DNA from: a virus
Strand: one strand, 5' to 3'
Virus record (IMG/VR): IMGVR_UViG_2695420938_000010
Span: 1,970-65,969 of that record
Length of the DNA: 64,000 nucleotides
Position numbers and translations under genes: made by a program. Under the pieces are notes generated by a model. It saw only the letters and a list, made by a program, of their open reading frames with translations. It did no database searches and had not been told where the DNA came from. Shown piece by piece: positions 36,799-46,717 of this stretch (the stretch's first letter is position 1; every line of letters starts with the position of its first letter).

Positions 36799-37960
36799 CG
36801 ACCAGGGTCCCCCAGCGCCGCAGGTACTTCTCGCCGATCATCTGCTCGGTCGCAGTGCGATCCTTCAGATCGCAACCATGCGGCCAGGTGATCGTCAGGG
36901 TCAGCGTGCGCCGCCTGTCGCCTCCCGGCCGGCGGGCGAGCTTCACGGCGATCTTGGCCCGCGTGACCACATACCCCTCGCTCAGGGGCGTGCGATCCCC
37001 GAACCTTTCCTCCGCCTTCGTCCAGATCGTCTCGTCGGCGCGCGCGGGCTTCTCCAGCGTCACCCTGAAATCGCTGTCGTCGATCGGCATCAGGCGCAGC
37101 TCGCGCACCTCGACGCCCTCGATCCCGTCTTCCGGATCAACCGGGAAATCGTAGGGCGCCAGCAGCACGGACAGGTCGTAGCACCGCAGCGGCAGGCGGT
37201 TCTCCTTGAACTCGATGCCGAGGATGTGCGTGACCGTCGCCCTCACGATCTCGTTCCGCGTCGCCTTGTCGTTGGCGATCACCTCGATGCCGCCGGTCGC
37301 GGGCTCATAGGTAACGGCGGCCTCGAACACGGGACGATAGGCCTGCCGGACAAGCAACCCCTTGTCGTCGAAGCGGAGCAGATCGTCGGGCCGTCCCTCT
37401 CGGTAGATCGTCACCTGCACTAGGTCGCATTCGTCGCCCTCATGGGTCGTCCTCACCCGGTCGAAGATGTCGACATGGGCATGGGCAGCGCCCGAGAACT
37501 CCTTGATCGCGGAAACGAAGGCGTGGCGGGCCGACGCGTCGCGCTGCACGACGCAACCGGGGTCGGTCATGTACCCCGCCCACATCCGACCGCGCCGGCG
37601 GTCCTCCGTAAACCGGACTTCCTCGGCATGACGAAAACGGTCCTGCGCGTTGAGGAACATCCAGAGCGACCGCGCGTGCGGGTTCGCGAGCCCGTCGAGG
37701 AGGGCGGGATCCTCGGCCACGCTGTAGATCGCGGCCTGCCCCGGCTCGTCGGACAGGGCATGGACGCGCTCGGCGTCGTTCGAGATCCGGTCGCGCTGGA
37801 CGCGGGACATCTTCTCGATGGCCCCGAGAAGCGGCCCGGACAGATCGGCGTCCGATGCGGGCCAGTCGAACTCGGTGGGCAGGCCGATCTCCGGCCGGTC
37901 GAAGTATTCGCGCAGCGCCTCGCCGGGCGTCTTGCGAAGGAAGGCGGACAGTGCAGTCAC
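36773..37960 (-). CDS. Hypothetical protein (395 aa), unknown function
   Basis: Long ORF with normal composition and RBS AGGAG; no motif recognised. Confidence 0.8.
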   Translation of the reverse strand: MTALSAFLRKTPGEALREYFDRPEIGLPTEFDWPASDADLSGPLLGAIEKMSRVQRDRISNDAERVHALSDEPGQAAIYSVAEDPALLDGLANPHARSLWMFLNAQDRFRHAEEVRFTEDRRRGRMWAGYMTDPGCVVQRDASARHAFVSAIKEFSGAAHAHVDIFDRVRTTHEGDECDLVQVTIYREGRPDDLLRFDDKGLLVRQAYRPVFEAAVTYEPATGGIEVIANDKATRNEIVRATVTHILGIEFKENRLPLRCYDLSVLLAPYDFPVDPEDGIEGVEVRELRLMPIDDSDFRVTLEKPARADETIWTKAEERFGDRTPLSEGYVVTRAKIAVKLARRPGGDRRRTLTLTITWPHGCDLKDRTATEQMIGEKYLRRWGTLVDDLQLFED

Positions 37961-38067
37961 AGCGATCTCCTTTCTGGCGATTCCATGTATCGGCTGATCT
38001 GCTAATCAGCGTATATCGCGCCTAAAGGGAGTCAATCGAAAAAATACGCACTTCCGCGGATTCGCGA

Positions 38068-38796
38068 TCAGCGCCCGAAGAGCGAGGGCTGCCCGTGCGT
38101 CGAAGTGATCAGGTTCAGCTTCAACAGTCTGATGCGGGCGGCCTCTTCGGAAACCGCGAACCGCTCCATGACCATCTGGATCAGCCGCACGGCATGTTCC
38201 GTCGAAACATGGATATCGCCATGCAGCTCGCGCGGTCTGCAATAGTCGGAAACGAGGCGACGGACCGGCGTGGCCGGCATCAGCAGTGCGCCGCTGATAT
38301 AACCGGCTTGCCATTCCATCCAGTCGGACTGCGGGGCGTCCAGGATGTTGTCGCGCTTGGAGATCGCCTTGTTGGCGTTCACGCCGCGCTCGAGCAGGTC
38401 CCCGTTGGCGAACTTCTGCGCCCAGAGAGGCCCGTGGAACTTCACGTGCCCGAACTCATGGGTGAGCGTGGTCCGGAAGCGATTCTCGCGCCGATCGTCG
38501 CCGGCGATTCTTTCCGAGATGGAGACCTTGGGCCCCCGGTCGGGAAAGAACTCCGTCACCCCTTCGACATCGGCGCCATACGCTGACAAGTCGGCGTAAG
38601 GGTCGAGGTCCGCATCGTGCATCTCGATCAGCACGGTCAGGTCGTCGGTCGCGACGGGATAGTCGACCTTTCCGTGGCGCTTCATCAAAAGCTCACGGAT
38701 CAGCCGCTCGCATTCATCGTCGAGATCCCGCTCGCGGTAGAAGGGTCGCTCGGCAAAGCGGCCCGTGTTGTCACGGATCATCTTCACCATGCGCAA
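38068..38796 (-). CDS. ImmA/IrrE-family Zn metallopeptidase
   Basis: RFRTTLTHEFGH (HExxH), EWQAGYISGALLMP, RFAVSEEAARIRL. Confidence 0.92.
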   Translation of the reverse strand: MRMVKMIRDNTGRFAERPFYRERDLDDECERLIRELLMKRHGKVDYPVATDDLTVLIEMHDADLDPYADLSAYGADVEGVTEFFPDRGPKVSISERIAGDDRRENRFRTTLTHEFGHVKFHGPLWAQKFANGDLLERGVNANKAISKRDNILDAPQSDWMEWQAGYISGALLMPATPVRRLVSDYCRPRELHGDIHVSTEHAVRLIQMVMERFAVSEEAARIRLLKLNLITSTHGQPSLFGR

Positions 38797-38800
38797 CTCC

Positions 38801-39127
38801 TTACTCTTTCAACGTCTTCCTGAAATTGGCGAAGGCCTCGACGACCTTGTCCGGGGTGGACGCATCCGGCCGCAGATCATCCGGAAGCCGGCCTGCAAGT
38901 GCGTACAGGTAGTCCTCCGGAATGTTTAGGATGCCGGAGAACTGGCGGATCAAGTGCCCCGAGCTGGGGCTGCGTCGGTCGTGCTCGATGTCGTTGAGGT
39001 ACTGCGGGGATATCGACCCGCCGCCCTCTTCCTTCATCACGCGCGCTGCGAGCTCCTTTTGGCTGAGACCGAGTGCCTTGCGGGCCTTCGAAATCGCCTG
39101 GCCGAAGGTCACACCGTCCGCGGACAT
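38801..39127 (-). CDS. XRE-family HTH repressor (ImmR-like)
   Basis: ARKALGLSQKELAA...ISPQYLNDIEHDRRSP; co-transcribed with the ImmA-like peptidase. Confidence 0.9.
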   Translation of the reverse strand: MSADGVTFGQAISKARKALGLSQKELAARVMKEEGGGSISPQYLNDIEHDRRSPSSGHLIRQFSGILNIPEDYLYALAGRLPDDLRPDASTPDKVVEAFANFRKTLKE

Positions 39128-39251
39128 GGCCGGTTCATCGCTTCATCTCCCTGTCAATCCGCTTGTTCGCGGATTTGCGAGTTGTTACTCCTTATCCACA
39201 AGGGGATCAACCGTGAAGCGGGATGTTACGTTCGGAGCCGGGAGCAACTAA

Positions 39252-40478
39252 ATGATCAGGATCCTTCACACGGCCGACGTTCACCTCGACTCCCCGTTGA
39301 GGTCCCTAGCGCTGCGCGACCCCGAGCTGAGGGATCGGGTCCGGACATCGAGCCGAACCGCGCTAACCAGGATCGTCGACACCGCGCTTGCCGAGGAAGT
39401 AGCCGCCCTGCTGATTGCAGGCGATCTGTTCGACGGGGCAGAGCGTAGCGCGCGGACTGCCGCCTTCCTGACGCTGCAACTGGAGCGCCTGCGTGAACGC
39501 GGGATCCGCGCATTTTATATCAAGGGCAACCACGACGCCGAGAACCCTCTCACCGGCGAGTTGACCTTGCCTGATAACGTTCATGTCTTTGACGGGCGCG
39601 GCGGCAAGGTGCAGCTCGCGGAGAACGTCTGGATCCACGGCGTTAGCTTCGCCAACCGTCATGCCCCGGAAAGTCTGCTGCCAAGGTTCCCGGCGCCGGT
39701 CGCAGGCGCGGTCAACATCGCGATGCTGCATACCTCCCTCGCGGGCGCAGAGGGCCACGATCCCTACGCACCCTGCACGGTCGGTGAACTGACTGCTGCT
39801 GGCTTCGATTACTGGGCGCTCGGGCATGTTCACCGCCGGCAAGTCCACTCCAAGGCGCCATGGATCGTGATGCCCGGAACGCCACAGGGACGCGATATGG
39901 GCGAGCCCGGTCCGAAATCCGCCACGCTGTTGACCATCGACAAGGCAATCGAGATCGAAGAAGTGCCGACCTCGGCCGTCGAGTTCCTGCACCTCCGGAT
40001 CGACGCCACGGATACCGACAGCGACGACGCGCTGCGCGATATGGTAAAGCGGACCCTGCGAGACACGGCGCGAAACCTGGTGTCGGAAAGCGCCGTGGTT
40101 CGCTTGGAGCTTACCGGTCGCACGCGCCGTCGTTGGCAGATCCTGCGTGATCAGGACGTCTGGAAAGAGACCGCGGCACAATATGCGCGGGAGACGGGCA
40201 CGCTTTGGCTGGACAAGGTCGTGTTTGACATGACCGACACTGCGGAGCGCGGGCACACCGCCACGGACGAGTTGGCCGGGATCATGAAGACCATCCGCGA
40301 GGAACCCGGGTTTTCCAAGACCTGCCGTGCTGAAATCGAAGGCATTCTGCAGGAGTTGGCGCCGCAGCGGCGTGCCGAGCTGTTGCCTGATGAACCGGCA
40401 ATGGAGCAACTTGCGCGGCGTCTCGCAGAAGCCGGCGCGGAGCGGATCCTTGCGCGAATGAAGGGAGCCACGCCCTGA
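39252..40478 (+). CDS. Mre11/SbcD-like metallophosphoesterase nuclease (YhaO-like)
   Basis: HTADVHLD, AGDLFD, GNHD, LHTSL, ALGHVH, GTPQGR. Confidence 0.92.
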   Translation: MIRILHTADVHLDSPLRSLALRDPELRDRVRTSSRTALTRIVDTALAEEVAALLIAGDLFDGAERSARTAAFLTLQLERLRERGIRAFYIKGNHDAENPLTGELTLPDNVHVFDGRGGKVQLAENVWIHGVSFANRHAPESLLPRFPAPVAGAVNIAMLHTSLAGAEGHDPYAPCTVGELTAAGFDYWALGHVHRRQVHSKAPWIVMPGTPQGRDMGEPGPKSATLLTIDKAIEIEEVPTSAVEFLHLRIDATDTDSDDALRDMVKRTLRDTARNLVSESAVVRLELTGRTRRRWQILRDQDVWKETAAQYARETGTLWLDKVVFDMTDTAERGHTATDELAGIMKTIREEPGFSKTCRAEIEGILQELAPQRRAELLPDEPAMEQLARRLAEAGAERILARMKGATP

Positions 40479-43400
40479 TGCGGATCGAGCGGCTCTCTCT
40501 CGACTTTTTTGGTCACTTCACGGGCAAGGTCCTCGATTTCGGAAAAGCCGGTCAGGCTTCGGATTTCCATGTGATCTACGGCTCGAACGAAGCCGGCAAA
40601 ACCACAACAATGGAAGCCTACCTGCGTCTTCTCTACGGCTTTCCCCATCGGGAGCCCTACGGGTTCCAGCACCAGCGACAGAATCTTCGGGTCTCCGGTC
40701 TGCTCGACATCGGAGGCGAAACCCGTATGTTCACGCGACTGCCTTCCCGCAGCGGCAACCTCAGGGGAGAGGCCGACGCGGCCCTGCCCGAGACCGCGAT
40801 CGCCTCGCACCTCGGCGGACTTTCGCTCGACGACTACCGCAGTCTGCTTTGCCTCGACGACGACACCATCGAAAAAGGCGGTGAGGACATTGCCAGCGCG
40901 CGAGGCGATATCGGCCGATTACTATTCTCCGCGGCGGCTGGTGTCGCGGACCTCAATGCCGTTCTCGAACAGGCGCGGGCCGAGGCAAGCGACCTCTACA
41001 AGAAGCGCGCCAGCACCACTCGGGTCGCGGAACTGAAGCGCGACCTAAGTGAGGTGGAGACCAACATCCGTAACCTCGATGTCAGCGCCCACGCATGGCG
41101 AAAGCTGAAGGATGCGCTTCAGGCCGCCAGGGATGAAGAGGGGCAAGCTCGGCGCGCAAGGGACGAGCTTCGCGCCGAACAGGCCCGCATCGCTGCGCTG
41201 CGCCGGGCTCTGCCCAATCTGGGCGAGCTTGACCGCGTTGCGGACGAGATCGCCGACTGCGCCGACTATCCCGAGCGGATCGACATCAATCCCGAAGATC
41301 TGGTCACGATGAGGACCGACCGGGGGCAGGCGGATGCCGAGTTGCGGCGGCTGCTGGACGAACTTGACGGGGCTGAAAAGGCGCGCGTGGCGCTGGTGAT
41401 CGACGCAGACCGCCTCGCCCTAGCCGAGCAGCTGGACGATCTCGACGAACTGCGCAGCCGGATGCAAACGGCGGTCTTGGACCTTCCCAGACGCGAACGG
41501 GCCCATGAGGAGGCTCTTTCGGACATGGCACGCATCGCCCGGGATCTGGGGGCACCCGAAGATTGCGATGTCACCGCACTTGTCGCGTCTCCGGGAGAAA
41601 TTGCCATACTTGAAGACCTGCGTGACAAGATGCGAGACGCCGCCGCGGCTTGGGAGACCGAGCAACGCGAGATCGCAGGCTTGCAGACCCGAATCGAGCA
41701 GGCCCGGAAGGCACATCAATCATTGCAGGAAGCTCCGCCGCAGATGGGTTTGGTGGATCTGCTCAAGCGGTTCGACGCCGATGCCCTGGCACCAGAAGTC
41801 GCCACGGCGAAACAAGCCATCGGGTCCGCCGACACGGCGCTGGAGCAGGCGCTCGACTCGCTTTCCATCGGTGCATGCACCTTCAGCGCCCTCCCGGTCT
41901 GCCCGGTCGATCCATCGACAGCAGCAGACACTGCCCAACGCCACGCCGATCTGGCGGAGAAGCTCGGACGCTTTGACGACAGGTTGGAGCGTTTGGACGA
42001 GGACATCGCCGCCGTGAAGGCGAAAACCACCCGGCTCTCGGAAGACGCCAGGATTGCGAGCGACGAAGAGGAACAGGCGGCGCGGGCCCGACGTGACGCC
42101 CTTTGGCAAGCACATCGTGAAACCCTGACATCAGAGAGCGCGGACAGCTTTGCACCGTCGATGAAAACGGTGGACGACATCAACGCCGCGCGTCTCGCCC
42201 ACGCGAGCGAGCTCGGCGAACTGCGAAAGCTCCTGCAGGATCTGGCGGACGCGGAAGCACGCGCGACGACGGCTCGGGAACAGCACGATGGGCTCGCCGA
42301 ACTGGCACGAGAGCTCGAGAGCCAAGTCCACGGTCTATGTTCGCAGATCGGACTTCCGGCGCTTTCCCCTTCAGCTTTTTCGGACTGGGTTGCGCTACAC
42401 AGCAAAGCCATAGCCGCTGAGCGGCAACGGAACAGGCTTGTCGAACACCACCGGGAGACGCTGGATCGGGCAGAGCAGCTTCGTCAGGCGCTCACGCCCC
42501 TCGTCGCTTTGGAGACCCCGACATTGGATGCAGCGTTGCTTGCCGCGCGGCGTCTTGCCGAAAACGAACGGCGCCACCAGGAAGAGGTGCGGGCGGCCTC
42601 AGACAAGACCACCGCCCTCGAGGAGGATCTCGAACGCCGGCAAGGCGAACAGGGAGTCCTTGAGGACACCGCCGAGAGGACTGCTGCAGCCTGGAGCGCA
42701 AAAATACACGAACTTTTCGGCGAGATGCTTTCACCCGACCAACTTGCCGCCGGTCTCGGGCAGCTGCGCGAACTACGCGAACACAACGAGAAGCGGCGAC
42801 AAGCCGAACGTCAGGTTAACACGATGAAGGACGATCAACGCCGGTTCACGGAAGCCTCTGGCGCCCTTGGTGCACGTTTCGGCATCGGGGAGAGCGACCC
42901 TCTCGAGACATTCCGGCGCCTGCGGGAGCTCGCAGAGCAAGCGCAGGCTGACAAGTCACAGCACGAGAAGCTCGGCACTAAGCTTGAAGATGGTGAAAAA
43001 CGGCGAACTGAACTCGAGGCGAAGCTCGAAGACATCGACAGGAAAGTCGCGGAACTTGGTGCGGTGTTCCCGGAGACGGTGGACACCAGCACAATCGACG
43101 CCCTTCGGGTCGCTGTGGGCAAAGGCCTTGACGTCATCGCAAAAAGAGAACGGGTCGCCGAGCTCGAACGGCAGATCCTCGACGACCTATCTCTGAGGAA
43201 ATTGGAGGAAGCCCGCCAGCTACTTGCCGATGAAACCGCTACAACGCTCGAGGCGAAAGCGAAGTCCCTAGATACCGATCTCAACCTCGCAGAAGAGCGG
43301 ATGTCCACCGCCACCGTGGCCCGAGCCAATGCCGAGCGGGACCTCGGCAGTGTTACCGGCGGCGCAGAGATCGCCGACCTGGTCGAACGGCGCGCCACGT

Positions 43401-43903
43401 TGCAGATTCAGATCGAAGAGGCGGTTCTTGACTATCTGGAGTTGGACTTCGGTCTACGCCTCGCCGAAGAGGCCATCCGCCGCTATCGCGATAGGCATCG
43501 GAGCGACATGATGGCATCCACAGAGCGCGCCTTTGCGGAGCTCACGAATGGCGCCTACCAGAAGCTGCTGACGCAACCGGACGGTGCGGCTGAAGTCTTG
43601 TTGGCGGTCGATGCGAACGGCACCCCCAAGCAGATCGGTGACATGTCGAAGGGGACGAGGTTCCAACTCTATCTGGCGCTGCGCGCCGCGGCCTATGAAC
43701 AAATGGTAGCGCAGGGCGTTCAGCTCCCCTTCTTCTGCGACGATGTCTTTGAGACCTTCGATGAGGATCGAACGCGTGCCGCCTGCCGTCTCATGGAGCG
43801 GATCGGCCGGAGCGGTCAAGCGATCTATCTGACTCATCACCGGCATGTTGTCGAAATTGCGAGGGATGTGTGTGATGCGCAGCCAAAAATTCATCAACTT
43901 TAA
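40478..43903 (+). CDS. Rad50/SbcC-like SMC ATPase (YhaN/AAA_27-like)
   Basis: GSNEAGKTT Walker A, long coiled coil, MSKGTRFQLYLALR signature, FCDDVFETFD Walker B/D-loop, YLTHH; TGATG coupling. Confidence 0.92.
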   Translation: MRIERLSLDFFGHFTGKVLDFGKAGQASDFHVIYGSNEAGKTTTMEAYLRLLYGFPHREPYGFQHQRQNLRVSGLLDIGGETRMFTRLPSRSGNLRGEADAALPETAIASHLGGLSLDDYRSLLCLDDDTIEKGGEDIASARGDIGRLLFSAAAGVADLNAVLEQARAEASDLYKKRASTTRVAELKRDLSEVETNIRNLDVSAHAWRKLKDALQAARDEEGQARRARDELRAEQARIAALRRALPNLGELDRVADEIADCADYPERIDINPEDLVTMRTDRGQADAELRRLLDELDGAEKARVALVIDADRLALAEQLDDLDELRSRMQTAVLDLPRRERAHEEALSDMARIARDLGAPEDCDVTALVASPGEIAILEDLRDKMRDAAAAWETEQREIAGLQTRIEQARKAHQSLQEAPPQMGLVDLLKRFDADALAPEVATAKQAIGSADTALEQALDSLSIGACTFSALPVCPVDPSTAADTAQRHADLAEKLGRFDDRLERLDEDIAAVKAKTTRLSEDARIASDEEEQAARARRDALWQAHRETLTSESADSFAPSMKTVDDINAARLAHASELGELRKLLQDLADAEARATTAREQHDGLAELARELESQVHGLCSQIGLPALSPSAFSDWVALHSKAIAAERQRNRLVEHHRETLDRAEQLRQALTPLVALETPTLDAALLAARRLAENERRHQEEVRAASDKTTALEEDLERRQGEQGVLEDTAERTAAAWSAKIHELFGEMLSPDQLAAGLGQLRELREHNEKRRQAERQVNTMKDDQRRFTEASGALGARFGIGESDPLETFRRLRELAEQAQADKSQHEKLGTKLEDGEKRRTELEAKLEDIDRKVAELGAVFPETVDTSTIDALRVAVGKGLDVIAKRERVAELERQILDDLSLRKLEEARQLLADETATTLEAKAKSLDTDLNLAEERMSTATVARANAERDLGSVTGGAEIADLVERRATLQIQIEEAVLDYLELDFGLRLAEEAIRRYRDRHRSDMMASTERAFAELTNGAYQKLLTQPDGAAEVLLAVDANGTPKQIGDMSKGTRFQLYLALRAAAYEQMVAQGVQLPFFCDDVFETFDEDRTRAACRLMERIGRSGQAIYLTHHRHVVEIARDVCDAQPKIHQL

Positions 43904-43999
43904 TCGTGGAAGCAATTTATTGCTCGCACCAATTACACCACGACCTTGCAGCGCTCTTATCGTGCGGCAGGTCACAATTCGAGATAGGCGGACAGGGAG

Positions 44000-46717
44000 A
44001 TGAACATAAACAATAAGGAGTCAGTCCTTGCCGACATCGCGAGAGACTCGCTCACATGCATTGAAAAGGTGGCCGCTGACGCAGAGGCGGCGCGGACATC
44101 GCACCGGAGGAGCGATGCCAGTGCATTTGCAAGCATCAATACACTCAACAGTCCGCAGCAGGTGAGCCGTCTCGGGAAGGTCGCAGATGCTGAAATGGAT
44201 GCCCTTGCTGCGCTGATCGAGCAGCCTGTCATCGCCCGCATACACTTCATCGACGAGAACGATGAAGAAGACACCATCTTCATCACTCGCGGCACTCCCC
44301 GTTCAATACCCGGCTTCAAGATTGCGAGCTATAGGGCGCCACTGGGTCGCATCGCATCCCTGGCAGCTGGCGATGAAGGCACATTTCGCTTCGGCAGCAC
44401 CGAGCGAGACCTTCTGGTCGATAGCTCTGCGCGCCTCAAGCCACAACGCGAGCAAGGACAGTGGGACGCTAAGGACTCGGAGATCGACATACGGGGCCTC
44501 GGGCGGTTCACCGTTGGGTCGCTGCGTGAGCTACTGGAACCGAGCGCCGACATCGAAGTGGGCGACCTCGAGGCGCTTTGGGACGACGAAACTGACGCGA
44601 ACATCGTAGAGGGCGTGCGCCGCGCGATCCTCACGCAAATGGGCCTGCGTGATCAGCCGATCCTTGATCGGCACCAGGACGAGATCTTTCGGATGCCCAT
44701 CAACAGTCGCTGCTTCCTCTCCGGACCACCAGGAACAGGAAAAACCACAACACTCATCCGGCGCCTCGGCCAGAAGACGGATCGGCAGGCCCTTGAAGAG
44801 TCCGGGGAAGAGATGCGACTCATCCGACAAGTGGAGGAAGAAACAGGCAGGCCGCATGAGAGCAGCTGGATTCTGTTCTCTCCAACCGAGCTGCTTCGGC
44901 AGTACGTAAAAGAAGCGTTCAACAAGGAAGGTTTGGCCGCAAGTGACGGGCACATCCGGACTTGGGACGAGTTTCGCCGTGAGCTGGCGCGCGAAGAGCT
45001 TGGCTTGCTTCGAACGAGCGCGGGAACTGGTCCGTTCGTCGAACGACGTACGCAGGACTACCTCAAGCCAGAAGTGCTGGACGAGGCTCAATGGTACGAT
45101 GAATTTCGTGAGTACGTCGACGCCTCAGTTGCGGACGAACTGCGCGCAGATGCAGATCTCTTGGCGAAGAGTGACGCACCGGATCTGAGCGTAATTGGGG
45201 ATTTGTTGGGGGAAGCATTCAAGAGGCCTGGGCGTGATTTCTATGCGCATACGATGCGGAGCGTCGCTGGACTTATTCCCGAAATCCGGGAGGCAATTTC
45301 CTCGCGAACCGACGCAATCAACCGCATTCTCACACGAGCGCGCAACGCTCTCACTCATGCCGATCGCAACTTTCCCGACCTCCTTCGCCAAGAAATCTCC
45401 CGGCAGCTCGCCGCAGATCCGCAAGAAGCGGACGAGGATGACGAACTCGAAGCCGCGCTGGAGGACGAAGATGAACAGGCCAGTGCGCCGCAAGCCGGTC
45501 GCCCGGTAAGCCGGCAGCAAGCCTTGGTGCGTTTTGAACGTGCCTTGAAATCTTTGGCAAAGGCCCGGCGGGCGCGACGTCGCGTCTCGGAGAAATCTCA
45601 AGATGGCTTGCTTCTCGAGTGGCTGGGTCCGGAACGCATCCCAGCCGATAACGAGATTTCTGAGCTTGGGAAGCTGTTAGTCGAACAGTCACGACTGAGA
45701 AGGTTCGAGCGCCTTGAACGGCTTTTCCTTCGTGGGCTCCCGACAAGATACAAGCGCTTCCGCAGCGAAATGGCGAAGGCAGAGCGCTGGTACGAGGCGA
45801 CGCCCGCCAAGGCGTCGGATATCCACTGGCAAGAGCTCGACCTTGTGATCCTGGCAACGCTCCAGATCGCCAACGAGCTGTTGAGCAACTATCGGAGCCG
45901 AACCGGGCTGGAACTTCCAGCAGCAGGGCCACTCGCATCCATGCTATACATTCAAAGGGCACAGGTTCTCGTCGATGAGGCAACCGACTTTTCGCGGGTA
46001 CAGCTCGCTTGCATGAACGAGCTCGCGCATCCATTGACCGGCTCTCTCTTTCTTTGTGGGGACATAAATCAACGACTGACTTCTTGGGGCCTCAAATCGA
46101 ATGAAGCGCTGAACTGGATAGGCGAGAATATCGAACGCAGATCTATTACAGTTTCATACCGCCAAAGCCGACGCCTTGTTGATCTTGCAAAGCAAATTGC
46201 CACCATCGGCGGCTCTCAGGCAGATGACATTATCCTGCCCGACCGCCTCGATGCTGAGGGATTGCCCCCAGTGTGGCATGCAAGCCTCGGCGACAACTCT
46301 GCCGTCGCAGAATGGCTAACCAAGCGTATTCACGAGATCGATCGAATGGTTCAGAAGGCCACGACGATTGCCGTTTTGGTGAATGAGGAAGAGCAGGTGG
46401 AACCGCTGGCTCTGGAACTCAACGATCGGCTGGAAGAGATCAACCTTTCTGCTGTCGCCTGTAAGGATGGAAAGGTTGTCGGCAACGACCGGGATGTACG
46501 AGTATTCAACATTCGGCACATCAAAGGCTTGGAGTTTGAAGCCGTCTTTTTTGTCGACCTCGATCAAACGGTCTCCAAGCATCCAGACCTATTCTCAAAG
46601 TACCTCTATGTCGGGGCAACCCGCGCTGCAACCTATCTGGGGGTGACATTCAAGGGCAATGTGCCAAGGCAGATTGCGCCTCTGTCGCATCACTTCAGTG
46701 AGGATTGGTCGATATGA
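44000..46717 (+). CDS. SF1 (UvrD/HelD-like) helicase/ATPase
   Basis: GPPGTGKTT, LVDEATDFS, CGDINQR, SYRQS, IKGLEFEAV, LYVGATRA. N-terminus PVIARIHF..IFITRG..SYRAPLG resembles HelD. Confidence 0.88.
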   Translation: MNINNKESVLADIARDSLTCIEKVAADAEAARTSHRRSDASAFASINTLNSPQQVSRLGKVADAEMDALAALIEQPVIARIHFIDENDEEDTIFITRGTPRSIPGFKIASYRAPLGRIASLAAGDEGTFRFGSTERDLLVDSSARLKPQREQGQWDAKDSEIDIRGLGRFTVGSLRELLEPSADIEVGDLEALWDDETDANIVEGVRRAILTQMGLRDQPILDRHQDEIFRMPINSRCFLSGPPGTGKTTTLIRRLGQKTDRQALEESGEEMRLIRQVEEETGRPHESSWILFSPTELLRQYVKEAFNKEGLAASDGHIRTWDEFRRELAREELGLLRTSAGTGPFVERRTQDYLKPEVLDEAQWYDEFREYVDASVADELRADADLLAKSDAPDLSVIGDLLGEAFKRPGRDFYAHTMRSVAGLIPEIREAISSRTDAINRILTRARNALTHADRNFPDLLRQEISRQLAADPQEADEDDELEAALEDEDEQASAPQAGRPVSRQQALVRFERALKSLAKARRARRRVSEKSQDGLLLEWLGPERIPADNEISELGKLLVEQSRLRRFERLERLFLRGLPTRYKRFRSEMAKAERWYEATPAKASDIHWQELDLVILATLQIANELLSNYRSRTGLELPAAGPLASMLYIQRAQVLVDEATDFSRVQLACMNELAHPLTGSLFLCGDINQRLTSWGLKSNEALNWIGENIERRSITVSYRQSRRLVDLAKQIATIGGSQADDIILPDRLDAEGLPPVWHASLGDNSAVAEWLTKRIHEIDRMVQKATTIAVLVNEEEQVEPLALELNDRLEEINLSAVACKDGKVVGNDRDVRVFNIRHIKGLEFEAVFFVDLDQTVSKHPDLFSKYLYVGATRAATYLGVTFKGNVPRQIAPLSHHFSEDWSI

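Larger units (their letters stand above)
664..39127 (-). mobile_element. Prophage 1: siphovirus-like, lambda-type head plus RcGTA-like tail, replication module, XRE/ImmA switch; integrase not visible
   Basis: Contiguous, mostly translationally coupled minus-strand phage genes from regulators through replication, packaging, head, tail and lysis. Boundaries are approximate. Confidence 0.9.

Noticed and set aside
39252-46717. Assignment to Wadjet, Gabija or Lamassu
   Set aside because: No kleisin/KITE (JetA/B) or TOPRIM JetD, no OLD-family GajA, and no LmuA-type effector layout; the nuclease is a calcineurin-like phosphoesterase.
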